Shown: piece by piece, positions 49,581 to 60,331 of the stretch
How positions within the stretch are numbered: the stretch's first letter is position 1
Layout of the letters: the number at the start of each line of letters is the position of its first letter
Origin: an uncultured delta proteobacterium
Lineage (GTDB): Bacteria; Desulfobacterota; Desulfobacteria; Desulfobacterales; QNYZ01
Reading direction: 5' to 3'
Length of the DNA stretch: 64,000 nt
NCBI GenBank assembly: GCA_963845145.1
Contig: CAWJQU010000005.1
Location: forward strand, 704,001-768,000
Notes under the pieces: model-generated
What the model saw: only the letters and a program-made list of their open reading frames with translations
Told to the model about the DNA's origin: nothing
The model's database searches: none
Made by a program: the position numbers and the translations under genes

Positions 49581-50744
49581 TTAGCGCATAACCTCTGCGA
49601 CCTGCCATGGTGAAATGACATTTACACCATTTTTATAGGGGTACATCGCCTCAACCGGTGCTATGATCCATGCTTCGGTGATATCCAGATCCTTCAATGA
49701 GGTCCAGAAGTTTCGGTTGACTTCGGGAGCGGTTGACGCCTTGATTTCAAAAGCAACCCGTCGCAAGCCCTTTTCCATTATTAAATCGATTTCGGCACCG
49801 GAGGCGCTACGATAGAAATGGGGTGTCCATTGCGGATGGGTTGCAATGATATTCTCCATGACAAACCCTTCCCATGAAGATCCGTAAACCGGATGTCCCA
49901 AAAGATCGTTGTGGGTTTCAATTCCCAATAATGTATGCAAGAGACCTGTATCCCTGAGCATGACTTTAGGCGATTTTACGAGCCGTTTTTTCAAATTGGC
50001 ATGATAGGGTGGCAACACACGTAAAAGGTAAGTTTGTTCCAATATTCCTAAATATGAATTGATCGTATGGTGGCTGACGCCAAGAGAACTTCCCAAAGCG
50101 GAACGATTCAGCAGTTGACCATGAATGTGAGCGCACATCTGCCAGAACCGTTCAAGTTGCGGTGCAGGTAAATTAAATCCCAATTGCGGGATATCTCGTT
50201 CTAGAAAGGTGCGGATGAAATCCTCGCGCCATTCAAAGCTTAAGCGATCATTTTTGGCCAGAAAACTGCGGGGAAAACCACCTCTTAACCATAAATTTCG
50301 CATTTTCTCAGCGTCGTAAACCTTGGCGATTTCCAGCTGCGAAAAGGGCGCCAGTTCAATAAAAGAGATTCTACCCGCCAAAGATTCGGAAGTTTGTTTG
50401 ATCAGATGCGGCGACGCGGAACCCAGAACCAGAAACTGACCGTTTTTACCGACCCTGTCTATTTGTGAACGCATTTCAGCAAACAGCTCGGGCACTCTTT
50501 GGATCTCATCAAGGCAAATCAATTTATCCGAGTTAAGGCTAAAAAAAGCGTCGGGATCTCTGAGCTTGTTTAGATCCGCCCGTCGTTCAAGATCCAGGTA
50601 GATCGCATGATCCATTTCCCTGATAATGGCTTGGGCGAGCGTCGTTTTGCCACACTGCCGGGGGCCAAGGATGGCGACGGCGGGCATAGTGGTGAGCTTG
50701 TGCCTTATTTTTTTAGTGTCACTTCTATGTATGTAATCAATCAT
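49581..50744 (-). CDS. AAA_14-type ATPase with DUF4143 domain
   Basis: GPRQCGKTT, LDEIQR, LGSAS, ESLAGR, RGGFP, KSPK..DTG and EIDL..FEIK. Confidence 0.92.
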   Translation of the reverse strand: MIDYIHRSDTKKIRHKLTTMPAVAILGPRQCGKTTLAQAIIREMDHAIYLDLERRADLNKLRDPDAFFSLNSDKLICLDEIQRVPELFAEMRSQIDRVGKNGQFLVLGSASPHLIKQTSESLAGRISFIELAPFSQLEIAKVYDAEKMRNLWLRGGFPRSFLAKNDRLSFEWREDFIRTFLERDIPQLGFNLPAPQLERFWQMCAHIHGQLLNRSALGSSLGVSHHTINSYLGILEQTYLLRVLPPYHANLKKRLVKSPKVMLRDTGLLHTLLGIETHNDLLGHPVYGSSWEGFVMENIIATHPQWTPHFYRSASGAEIDLIMEKGLRRVAFEIKASTAPEVNRNFWTSLKDLDITEAWIIAPVEAMYPYKNGVNVISPWQVAEVMR

Positions 50745-50821
50745 GATTGGATCGTAACTACCGATCTACAGAAAATCAAGCTAATTCTGCAAATTGGAAG
50801 CTCGTCCTCCAATTTGCAGAA

Positions 50822-52171
50822 TTAATCCGGCCCCCTTTTGACTCGATTAAAATGGTATCTCAACCAAGCCCCACACAAAGCCATCTCCACCAATGCGGTC
50901 ATTATTTTTATCCACCAAACCGAATCATATCCCCAACCAAAATAAATCGGCAGGGTAAAAATAATGGCAGCAAAAAGGAGATTATCTGCCAGGGCACAGA
51001 TCAGAATCGGGTAGGTCTTGCCCAGGCCCTGGAATACAGCCGAAACCGTTAAAATCGTGCCGACCACCCAATTGGAGAGAGACATGATCCTAAGATAGAT
51101 GACGCCGTAATGGTTGACTTCATGGTTTTGGCTGAAAATTTGAATTAAATAAGATGGAAACAACCAGCAGATGATGGTGCCGGCGACCATGATCAATGCG
51201 CTGATGCGCCATCCCGTCCAGAATGTACTGACGACCCGCCCATAATTGTTGGCACCAAAGTTTTGCCCCACCATGGCCGCCATGGCCTCGGAAATGGCGA
51301 CCGTTGGCAGATAGATAGCCTGGATGATCCGAAAACCAATCCCTAAAGCGGCCAAGGCTTGAGTGCCGTAAGGGCTGACGACGCGGTAGGTGATCATCAG
51401 GTTGGCAGTCATAAGGAAGTAGGCCAGGCCGGAGGGTATCCCGATCTTCAGGCTCTGTTTGATGACGTTCAGATTCAAACGCCAGGGGCCTTTTAAATGG
51501 ATATGCTGTCTCTTGATGAAAACAAGGTAAATATAAATCAGGACACCATAGATTTGAGAGATTAGTGATGCCAGGGCTGCCCCCTTAACGCCTAATGCCG
51601 GAAACCCAGCCAGGCCGAATATCAGCACCGGATCCAGAACAATATTGATTAGCAGCGATTGGAGCATAATGAACATGGATGTTTTGGTATCGCCCATGCC
51701 GCGATAGCAGGCACTAAACACGTGGAGTAGCAGTAAAAAAAGGAGGGACACCGAGTATATTCTAAAATATTCGGCGCCCCAAATAAGCGTCATGCCCTTT
51801 CCGCCGAAAAAACGGATATAGGGTTCGGCGATAACCCAGCCCGTAACGGCTGCTACCATGCCTGTAATCAGGGATAGAAGCAGGCTTTGCTCAAATATAT
51901 TCGCCGCTCGGGAATGTTTTCCGGCACCAAATGCCTGGGCGATCAAGGCCATGGCGCCGGTTCCGATAATAAATGACAGCCCTAAATGAACAAAGAATAT
52001 ATTGCTGGAAATAGAGAGTGCGGCAACGGCATCCGGCCCGAGCCTTCCAACAAACCAAAGGTCGGTTAACAGATAGAGCGTAAACGCCAGCATCCCCAGC
52101 ATAATGGGGCTGGATAGTCTCAGCAATTGTTTTGAGATACGACCCGTTGTCAATGTTACGCTATCGGCCAT
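50822..52171 (-). CDS. MATE-family efflux transporter
   Basis: 12-TM pattern, RGMGDTKT, NIVLDPVLIFG..GVKGAALAS and GQNFGA. Confidence 0.93.
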   Translation of the reverse strand: MADSVTLTTGRISKQLLRLSSPIMLGMLAFTLYLLTDLWFVGRLGPDAVAALSISSNIFFVHLGLSFIIGTGAMALIAQAFGAGKHSRAANIFEQSLLLSLITGMVAAVTGWVIAEPYIRFFGGKGMTLIWGAEYFRIYSVSLLFLLLLHVFSACYRGMGDTKTSMFIMLQSLLINIVLDPVLIFGLAGFPALGVKGAALASLISQIYGVLIYIYLVFIKRQHIHLKGPWRLNLNVIKQSLKIGIPSGLAYFLMTANLMITYRVVSPYGTQALAALGIGFRIIQAIYLPTVAISEAMAAMVGQNFGANNYGRVVSTFWTGWRISALIMVAGTIICWLFPSYLIQIFSQNHEVNHYGVIYLRIMSLSNWVVGTILTVSAVFQGLGKTYPILICALADNLLFAAIIFTLPIYFGWGYDSVWWIKIMTALVEMALCGAWLRYHFNRVKRGPD

Positions 52172-52397
52172 CTTTTCCTTCGTTCGCTTCGACCATATCC
52201 GCCATCTGGGCGAGCGTTTCGATTGACCATTTCAAATGAGCCTCATTTATCAACGCCCCAAACCGTACCGCCATTAGCCAGTATGACAAGTGAGGACTGT
52301 CACGGTTATCGGTTTTCATCTGGGCTCTTATGGCTTTGAGGTCTTTTAATTCATTTTCATGAATCGTTTTATAATGCTCCACCTGTTGAATAACAAC
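52161..52397 (-). pseudogene. C-terminal fragment of a PadR-family regulator
   Basis: EHYK...YWLMAVRFG....EA.LKW resembles the PadR C-terminal domain. The frame is cut by a stop exactly at the junction with the duplicated 174-bp segment; it overlaps the MATE start. Confidence 0.7.
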
Positions 52398-52571
52398 CTA
52401 TTTTGATACGGGCAGCAGTGTGATAAAGCCGGAATCAAAAGAAGCATTGGTGGAGATCGAGAAGCTGTTTCAGCAAAATCCCACGCTAAAGTTATACGTT
52501 GTCGGCCATACCGATAATGTCGGCGGATTTGAATACAATATCAATCTCTCTCAAAAACGGGGCAAGGCGGT
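52398..52571 (+). repeat. 174-bp direct repeat, copy 2 (ompA fragment)
   Basis: Matches 48954-49127 at offset 3444 bp. Confidence 0.95.
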
Positions 52572-52617
52572 TGAAGCTCCTCCCTTCGCCCGAAATTACA
52601 TCAAAGGAGACCAGGTC

Positions 52618-53229
52618 ATGGGAATAAGATCATTGTATCGTTATTTGTTTTTACTGGGCGCTGTTATTTTTCTGGTTGCATTAGGTAGCCTCGAAGCATC
52701 AACTGCACAAAAGAAGTCCGATGAACCACCCTTGGGGCCCTACGGGCCGGCACTTGGCTCCCAGGCCCATGTGGTGCGCTCGGTGATCGTGAAAACGACC
52801 GGTGACGTGTCCGGTGAATTTTCCGGTACCAAAGGCGAGAAAGGTACTTATCTATCGGGATTATGCAACCCAAAGACTATGGCCAATTTCATGATCGCCC
52901 TGACGGGAGGCGACCAATGGGACGAAATTTGGGTCACCAACTACAGCAAGGGCCGCATTGCCGCCGCTAAAACCGGAACCTTCAAACTCAGTTGGGTCGA
53001 AGTTCAGTTTCGAAAGTACGCCGAAGGCAAATTTACCATTCGTAAATTCAAAGGGCCGGGAACGATGACACTTACCACCCACGATGCCGACCCCGATAAT
53101 CGCCGCATGATCGGCACTATGGAAGGCAGCAGCCTGGAAGAATTGACGCTCATGGGTAAAAACACGGGTAAACAGGTCGATCTCCAGGTTAGTTTCGACA
53201 TGGATTCTTCGTGCGGCATAAAAGAGTAG
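52618..53229 (+). CDS. Secreted hypothetical protein
   Basis: AAGGAG RBS, ATG 52618, signal peptide, beta-rich body with two Cys. Confidence 0.7.
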   Translation: MGIRSLYRYLFLLGAVIFLVALGSLEASTAQKKSDEPPLGPYGPALGSQAHVVRSVIVKTTGDVSGEFSGTKGEKGTYLSGLCNPKTMANFMIALTGGDQWDEIWVTNYSKGRIAAAKTGTFKLSWVEVQFRKYAEGKFTIRKFKGPGTMTLTTHDADPDNRRMIGTMEGSSLEELTLMGKNTGKQVDLQVSFDMDSSCGIKE

Positions 53230-53393
53230 GGCAGTACCCCATTAAATCAAATATCTGATTCAGAAGGTCACGATCCAAAAGAATTTTTGTCATATGCAAA
53301 GCTCCTTCGCATACGAACTAATTTTTTCCATGTTTGTTGTCTCTGAAATTTTGTAAGTTCAACATATTTTTCGTAATTGTTTAACTCAAATCT

Positions 53394-54122
53394 TTATCGT
53401 ATAAACTGGGATTCAAATATTCTGGATCTGAAGCCGGATACAAAAAATTCAATCAATGTTACAAGGTCAAAAACCGGCACCTTTAAAGTATTCTGAAGAT
53501 CGATTCTGAAAGGAATAAGATTTGTGCATTCCAAAACGATGGCTCCCAGGTCTTTATTTGAAAGGCTTGTGGCTGCATTCACCAATTCTTGACGCATCTT
53601 ATCAATATTAAGATCAAGATTCTTTTCAATCACCACCTTTTTAAATTCGGAGCTGTTATCCATCCCCGCAATCAGAACGGTCTCAGGATCAATATCGGAT
53701 GCTTCAAGGTGCTCCTGTTTTAAAATTCGCGTATCACCCGTAATAATCCCTACTTTCCGGTTAAATGGCAGAAACCGCTGAAGTAGGGGTACAATATCAA
53801 GCGCAGACCCGACAAACGGGATTTTTAGATGCTTTTTTAAATCTGCATGAAAAGGACCAAAGAGGCCGCAATCTACCGCGATCAGGCTGACACCTTTTTC
53901 TTGAAGCCTTTTTGCCTGGTCAATGAGGATGTCAATGTTGTCTTTTTTGATATTGATGAGATCCTCAAAAGGCAACCCCTTAAGCACTTCATAGATCACT
54001 GGGAAAGGGAATGTTTCAGCGTGGCCGGGATCACCGGGGATTCTCGGAACGATTGAGTCATTCATCAAAATCCCGACAATATGGCCATAAGTTGTCTGCC
54101 CTCCGAGTACGTTGTGTATCAT
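53394..54122 (-). CDS. Asp/Glu/hydantoin racemase superfamily protein
   Basis: GIL...PRIPGD....TFPFPV.Y, DCG.F and LECTNL two-cysteine motifs; ATGA-coupled to the AOR stop. Confidence 0.85.
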   Translation of the reverse strand: MIHNVLGGQTTYGHIVGILMNDSIVPRIPGDPGHAETFPFPVIYEVLKGLPFEDLINIKKDNIDILIDQAKRLQEKGVSLIAVDCGLFGPFHADLKKHLKIPFVGSALDIVPLLQRFLPFNRKVGIITGDTRILKQEHLEASDIDPETVLIAGMDNSSEFKKVVIEKNLDLNIDKMRQELVNAATSLSNKDLGAIVLECTNLIPFRIDLQNTLKVPVFDLVTLIEFFVSGFRSRIFESQFIR

Positions 54123-55939
54123 TGTTTTTTGGGTACGCCGTCCTCGTCCCACCCCTTAATTGCATAATATTCTTTTACCATGTCATCAACCGGCACAACC
54201 TGATTCTTAGAGGCGCCTTCTAACAGGGGTTCTTGAGTGAATCTGTGAGGAAGCGTATCGTCTTTTGCAGTTATCCCGAAATCAATATTCATTAATCTGT
54301 CCTTGGTTATGGTTCCTCTTAAAGCTTTGTTGACAGCAGCCTCTGTGAATTTTAGACCGGTTCCGGATGTTAAAAGTTCTGCCGCAAGTTCAAAATCCAT
54401 TACATCCATGCTGAGGCCCACATTTTTACACATGGTCATACAATCTGTTAAAAGTGCCTGTCGTTCCGAGTATTCAACCAACGCCGCTTTCCCGTTATTT
54501 GAAAGGCGGTTGGCAGCATCTCTGGTGCCAAATCTTTTTTCGGCTTCGTCAAACCTGTTGGTCAATTCAAAAAACGGTTCCGCTCTCAAATGATCTGCAC
54601 CTCTGGATGCAATGGCATAAGTAAGGCCAAAGGCTTTAATCCCTCGTGGGTCACCGCAGATAATATCAAGTCCTTTTACATGGAGGGCATATTTTTCAGA
54701 CCCTCGACCCATTTTTTGGGACAGGTATCTTGTACCCTTGGCAAAGTCTGCCCCCACTCCTTTCTGGTTAATGATCAAATCAAGGATTTTTTCAACGGTA
54801 TCTGTATTGCCCCAGGTAAAATCAAGGCCATCAAAATCGTTTTTATTAAAGATCCCTTTTTCAACACATTCCATGGCCCACCCAATGGTTTCTCCTGTGC
54901 TTAAAGAATCAAGTCCCATCCTGTTTAAATACTGGCCCATTTTAAGCGCAAACGCTAAATCCCGGTTACCCAGACGGGAAGAAAAGCTGCAGAGGGTTTC
55001 ATATTCAGGGCCTTCGCTTTCAACTTCTTTAGTCACATAGTATCTGGAGCAGTTTATATTGCAGTTAAAGCAGCCCTTATTTTTCACTTTATAGTTTTTG
55101 GCAAGCATCTGTCCGCTGATCTCATCCACATAGGGGGCAATGCCTTTTTGAAAATGATTTACGGGCAGAATACCAAGGCCGTTCAAGGCTTTCATTAACA
55201 GGGTTGAGCCCAGATCATGGCGATCCTGGAACTCTGGATGTTCTATAATTCGCTTGTCAATGACCTTACAATTATCCATGAACTTTAAGGGATTCGCAAG
55301 TGACACCATACCGGTGCCCTTTACAACGACTGCTTTTAAATTTTTTGAACCAAACAGGCAGCCCATCCCGGTTCTACCGCATACCCTGGAATTATTGCAG
55401 GCCACGGTTGAAAATCTCACAAGATTTTCTCCAGCAGGGCCAATAGCTGCTATCTGAAGCCCGTTATCATTGAGCTCTTTTCTTATGATAGCCGTGGTCT
55501 GAAAAATATCTATACCTTTTAAATGAATAGCATCCCTGATTTCAACATGATCATCACAGATATAAACGTAGCTTAAGCTTTCAGATTTGCCTGTAAAAAT
55601 CAGCTGGTCATATCCGGCATATCTTAATTTCAGGTCCTAAAAACCCGCCGGCTGCTGAATCCCCTAGAATTCCTGTTAATGGGGATTTACCGGAAATCGT
55701 GATATAGGCGGATGTGGAAAACAATGACCCGGTCAGAGGCCCCACACCGATCAACAGCATGTTTTCTTCATGATAGCGGTTCAATATCACGCTTCGAGTT
55801 CATCATAAAGCCTGTCTCGAATTAAGACCCACGCCCACCGATCACTTCAAGCATGTAGTCCGGATCTGTTTTCTCACGCAGAATTCTTCCACTGCTTAAG
55901 TCTACTCTTAATATGTGTCCCGCCATAGCCATGAAGCAT
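54119..55939 (-). pseudogene. Aldehyde:ferredoxin oxidoreductase (W/Mo AOR family); 5' third frameshifted, possibly sequencing error
   Basis: Pieces GY.G.ILRVDLS, GGRG, GPLTG, KSPLTG, AGYD and IGPAGEN across frames, then GRTGMG..GSKNLKAV, EGPEYET, GLD and RGADH; GGAGG RBS before ATG 55939. Confidence 0.85.
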
Positions 55940-55944
55940 ATTAT

Positions 55945-56464
55945 TTACCTCCTGATTTTTAACCAGTCTTCTCTTAATTTTACACTCCCCTGTTTTGCAT
56001 ATTCATATCGTTTAAGAGAAGGTGACATTTTTTTTGTTTTCGTTTTAAACCAAGCAAGCGATATGGATTGCCGTATTTCCGGGTCATAGTGTTATGGCAC
56101 CCATTTCACAGGCCTCAACACACCGCGGACTTCCTCCGCAAAGGTCACAGACATAGGGATCTCGTTATAAATTTCGATGGCGCCGATGGGACAAAGTTTT
56201 TCACATGCCCCACAAAGATCGCAAATGGTTGGGGATACTTCAATACTGCCTCTTTCAGTAATGGATATTGCGCTCTTGGGGCATTTTGTACAATAATGCT
56301 CTTTGCATTGATGGCAGACAACCGGAAAATCAAGCCCAAGAATCTCAATTTTCTCAACTTTAATCCTGAGCCCCCATGTGTCCGGTTTTCCCTGAATGGA
56401 AAAAGGAACAATGGGTTTCACACCGTCGGCACCCCGAACATTTATTAAGATCAATTACCAGCAT
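55945..56464 (-). pseudogene. 4Fe-4S multicluster ferredoxin (AOR partner), frameshifted
   Basis: CSGCRRCETHC, CHQC...C..CP, CDLCGACEKLCP and CDLCGG.PRCVEAC split over frames by at least 3 indels. Confidence 0.8.
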
Positions 56465-56742
56465 CAGTCTCTTATCCTTTCAATTCTGTAATGGACTTTT
56501 CCTTTTGGATCCGGACAGACAAAAAGCTGGCCTGATTCCGCTGCAGTCCAGTCTCCCTTTTTACCATTATCGCGCTGCATCAACGGTAAGATCGGCATAA
56601 TGCTCTGCAAGGCCCACATACAGATATGTTTGCCTTCAGGAATTGATATTTTTCCACCATCCACTATAAAATAGTCGCCCACCAGCATCGGCTGGTTACA
56701 ATACCCATCAATTTTTTCAACACTCACCTTTAATTTAGCCAT
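56464..56742 (-). CDS. TIGR04076-like small Cys protein
   Basis: V..IDGYC.....GDYF, ICMWALQS and CPDP motifs. Confidence 0.75.
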   Translation of the reverse strand: MAKLKVSVEKIDGYCNQPMLVGDYFIVDGGKISIPEGKHICMWALQSIMPILPLMQRDNGKKGDWTAAESGQLFVCPDPKGKVHYRIERIRD

Positions 56743-56751
56743 GTTCCTTCC

Positions 56752-57478
56752 TTAGAGTTCGCCCCCCAGATATGCTTTCTGCATACCCGGATTATTTAAA
56801 AGGTTTTGAGCGGAGTCATCCAATACAATTTCACCGGTTTGAAGTACATAGCCGCGGTCTGCAATAGAAAGCGCCATGTTTGCGTTTTGTTCAACCATGA
56901 GAATGGTTGTCCCTTTTTTATTAATGTCCTCTATAATTTCAAATTGCTGGTCCACAAGGGCAGGCGAAAGTCCCATGGAAGGCTCATCCATCAAAAGGAT
57001 TTCAGGCTTTGACAAAAGCGCTCTTGCCATGGCAAGCATCTGCTGCTCGCCGCCGGAAAGGAACATACCCAGACGTGTTGAGTCTCTGCCTCAACCGGGG
57101 GAAAAGTTCAAGCATGGTTTCAATATCCCGTTTTACTTTCCCCTTATCCTTTCTGTGCATAGCACCGATTTCGAGATTTTCCAGTACTGTCATTCTGGGG
57201 AAGATCCTTCGATTTTCCGGAACAATGGATACCCCGTTTCTTATAATATAATTTGTGGGCTTTTTATTGATATTTTCACCTTTTAAAAAAACAGCGCCAT
57301 CTTTTGGTCTGACAATCCCTAAAATGGTTTTCAATGTCGTGGATTTTCCCGAAGCATTCCCTCCTAAAAGACAGATAAGCTCACCTTTGTGAATGGTCAT
57401 ATTAATATTATAGAGCACCTGTATTTTACCATAACAGGCATTGACACTTCTTAGTTCAAGTACCGGCTTGGTTTCCAC
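56752..57478 (-). pseudogene. livF: Branched-chain amino acid ABC ATPase LivF, frameshifted near 57070
   Basis: GGNASGKSTT and VPENRRIF in ORF 57002-57478; LSGGEQQMLA..DEPS..VEQN in ORF 56752-57066. Confidence 0.85.
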
Positions 57479-59342
57479 TTTTTCCCTTCTTTCCCAGATA
57501 AGCCTCTACCACCATTGGGTTTTTGGATACATCGCCATAGGAACCTTCGCAGATTTTTTTCCCGTGATCGATAACAATTACCCTGTCTGAAACTGATTTA
57601 ACCAGATTTAATTTATGTTCAATCAGAAGGATAGTATATCCGAATCGGTCTCGTAATTCCTTTATAAACTCCGTGATTTCCAGAGTCTCCTGAGGATTCA
57701 TGCCGGCAGACGGCTCATCTAAAAGCAGGATTTCAGGATCCGTTGCCATTGCTCGTGCAATTTCAACGCGTCTTCTATTGGCATAGGAAAGCTGGGATAC
57801 TTTCTGATTGTATCTGTATCCTGTTAATCTTTTCCCGAACATACTTAATATTTTTTTTGCTTTTCTATCGGTCTCTTTTTCTTCTCTTCTATTCAATCTT
57901 AAATTAAGAATCGCTGAAAGAAAAAATGATTTTGTCCGGCAGAACCTACTTGTTTTAATATTCTCAATCACAGACAACCCATTAAAGAGTCTTAAATTCT
58001 GAAACGTTCTTGCAATCCCTTCTTTGGCAACTTTATAAGGTTTAAAAGAAGAGATATCCTTTTCTTTATAAATCACCTTCCCTTGATCAGCGATATAAAT
58101 CCCTGAGATAACGTTAAAAAGTGTACTTTTCCCTGCCCCGTTCGGGCCGATAATACTTAAAATTTCATTTTTGTGCAGACAAAAATCAAGATCGTCAATG
58201 GCTTTTAACCCCCCGAAATTCAAGGTCAGATTCTGGATTTTTAACAACGGCGTGTCTTGTTTTTTATAGATTTTCGCATCCGGATTATAACTATTTTCAG
58301 AATAATAAAGTTCAGTTGATGCTCTTAATTTTCCTGTCTCATCTTTATCCGGCCGCCGTATCAGTTTTGTAAAACCGGGAACCGCGGAAAACAGGCCCTG
58401 GGGCCTTATGGCCATGATACCGACCAGTACAGCACCATAAATCATCATCCTTAGCCCGCCGTACTCCCGCAGGATTTCCGGCAGGATACTTAGGACGACG
58501 GCACCCGCGATAACACCGTAAACATTTCCCAAGCCGCCTATGATCACCATGCAATAAACAATGATCAGCTGCTGGAAATCAAAATTGTTCGGAAAGACAG
58601 AATCCTGAAAAGAAGCAAAAACAGCACCAGCAAAACCGGCCAGCATGGCACCGGTTGCAAAGGAATACAATTTCATGGATGTGGTGTTGATGCCGATGGT
58701 GTTGGCGGCCAGCTCATCTTCCCGTATGGCATTCCACCCTCTTCCTATTCTCGACGCCTTAAGCCTAAAGGAAATCACAAAGACGACCAAAGCACAGATC
58801 CAGATGAGTGTTGAATAACTTTTAGGAGATAAAATCTCGATGGAAAAAATCCGGATCATATCAAACGAATAAATGCCGTTAACCCCCCCGGTAATATTAA
58901 CCGGCGCGTCAAGATTAAATAGAAGTAGTTTGAAAATCTGGGCAAACGCCAGGGTAACAATGGCAAGATAGTCCCCTTTAAGCCGTATACTGGTAAGCCC
59001 CAGTATGAGTCCGCACACCATGGCCGAAAAAGCACAAATTGGAACTGCCGCCAGAAAAGGGAGATGAATACCAAAATGATTTGAACAAAGAAAGGCAAAG
59101 GTATAGCCACCTATCCCGAAAAACGCAATATAAGACAGATCAAGAAGACCCGTAAACCCCGCCACAATGTTAAGGCCCAACGCCAGCATAACAAAGATAC
59201 CGGTTGTTGAAAAAACACTCTGCCAGTAACTATTAGGTAGGATACCCGGAATAACCGTTAGGGAAAAAATAAAAAATAAAATGGCACCAGTATCAGGCCC
59301 CTTTAAAATTTGAAGGTTAAACTTTTTCACGTATTTTTTCAC
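57456..59342 (-). CDS. Fused LivM permease-LivG ATPase
   Basis: GLNIVAGFTGLLDL, RLKGDYLAIVTL and AIREDE; then FGGLKA, GPNGAGKST, RTFQN, LSY, DEPSAG and IEH. Confidence 0.92.
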   Translation of the reverse strand: MKKYVKKFNLQILKGPDTGAILFFIFSLTVIPGILPNSYWQSVFSTTGIFVMLALGLNIVAGFTGLLDLSYIAFFGIGGYTFAFLCSNHFGIHLPFLAAVPICAFSAMVCGLILGLTSIRLKGDYLAIVTLAFAQIFKLLLFNLDAPVNITGGVNGIYSFDMIRIFSIEILSPKSYSTLIWICALVVFVISFRLKASRIGRGWNAIREDELAANTIGINTTSMKLYSFATGAMLAGFAGAVFASFQDSVFPNNFDFQQLIIVYCMVIIGGLGNVYGVIAGAVVLSILPEILREYGGLRMMIYGAVLVGIMAIRPQGLFSAVPGFTKLIRRPDKDETGKLRASTELYYSENSYNPDAKIYKKQDTPLLKIQNLTLNFGGLKAIDDLDFCLHKNEILSIIGPNGAGKSTLFNVISGIYIADQGKVIYKEKDISSFKPYKVAKEGIARTFQNLRLFNGLSVIENIKTSRFCRTKSFFLSAILNLRLNRREEKETDRKAKKILSMFGKRLTGYRYNQKVSQLSYANRRRVEIARAMATDPEILLLDEPSAGMNPQETLEITEFIKELRDRFGYTILLIEHKLNLVKSVSDRVIVIDHGKKICEGSYGDVSKNPMVVEAYLGKKGKSGNQAGT

Positions 59343-60249
59343 CCATTAAACCCTGAGGCCTGAAGATAAGCACCGTAATCAGAATCATAAAAGCGACAAC
59401 ATCTTTATATGCAGATGGAAAAAATGTGACGGCCATGGCCTCGCAGATTCCAAGCAAAAGGCCACCGGCCATAGCACCTGGAATGCTTCCGATACCTCCC
59501 AGGACAGCGGCGGTAAACCCTTTTAATCCTGCTTGAAACCCAACATAATAATCGACCTGGGTAAATAGCAGGCTGACAAGGATACCAGCTGCGCCGCCTA
59601 AAGCAGAACCGATCAAAAATACAATGACAATAATTTTGTTCGTATCAATTCCCATAAAAGCAGCAGCTTCGATATCCTGGGCAGTGGCTCGGATGGATTT
59701 TCCGATATTGGTTTTTTTAATAACCAGAGTAAGCAAAATCATTAAAACAAAGCAGATCAAGATGACGAAAATCCGCATAAAGGAGATAACAACGCCACCG
59801 AAATGAAATATCCTCATACTTTCGGGTATCAATTGGGAGACATGGAACACTTTTACCTTGGCACCCTGAAAGTAGAGGATAAAATTCTGAATAAAGATTG
59901 AAACACCCAGAGAACTGAGCAAGAGATTCATCCTTGGCGCATTCCGAAGCGGTCTGTAGGCGATTCTTTCAATAACAAGACCGAGAAGGGCCGATATCCC
60001 CATGGAGAGGATAATCATCAGGGAAATTAACAATGCCGCATTCATCACCGGAACATGGTTGACTGAGAATATCTGTAGCACCCACCAGCCGGTAAAGCCG
60101 CCGATCATATAGAGTTCACCATGGGCAAAATTGAGCATGGAAAGAACACCGTAAACCATGGTGTACCCAATGGCAATCAGCGCATAAACACCGCCGATGG
60201 TAATACCGTTTATTGCCTGCTGGGAAAGCTGACCAAAAATATCTTCCAT
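59317..60249 (-). CDS. livH: Branched-chain amino acid ABC permease LivH
   Basis: YALIAIGYTMVYG..NFAHGE, AYRPLR, KGFTAAVLGGIGSIPGA and RPQGL. Confidence 0.95.
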   Translation of the reverse strand: MEDIFGQLSQQAINGITIGGVYALIAIGYTMVYGVLSMLNFAHGELYMIGGFTGWWVLQIFSVNHVPVMNAALLISLMIILSMGISALLGLVIERIAYRPLRNAPRMNLLLSSLGVSIFIQNFILYFQGAKVKVFHVSQLIPESMRIFHFGGVVISFMRIFVILICFVLMILLTLVIKKTNIGKSIRATAQDIEAAAFMGIDTNKIIVIVFLIGSALGGAAGILVSLLFTQVDYYVGFQAGLKGFTAAVLGGIGSIPGAMAGGLLLGICEAMAVTFFPSAYKDVVAFMILITVLIFRPQGLMGEKIREKV

Positions 60250-60258
60250 TCATTTAAA

Positions 60259-60306
60259 AACCGAAACAGGTGCTCCTGTCAAAAAAACCTGGGACCTGTT
60301 TCGGTT
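60259..60306 (-). terminator. Stem-loop between the binding-protein gene and livH
   Basis: AACCGAAACAGGT...ACCTGTTTCGGTT followed by a T-run on the minus strand. Confidence 0.6.
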
Positions 60307-60331
60307 CTATCCTTTTTAAACGAGTGAATAA

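Noticed and set aside
52420..53229. Apparent OmpA-fragment fusion protein (269 aa)
   Set aside because: The first part is the duplicated ompA DNA, in frame by chance. A good RBS, ATG and signal peptide begin at 52618.
55600..55830. Selenocysteine or programmed recoding in AOR
   Set aside because: The stops arise from several frame changes rather than an in-frame TGA at a Cys position; I saw no slippery-site or SECIS pattern.
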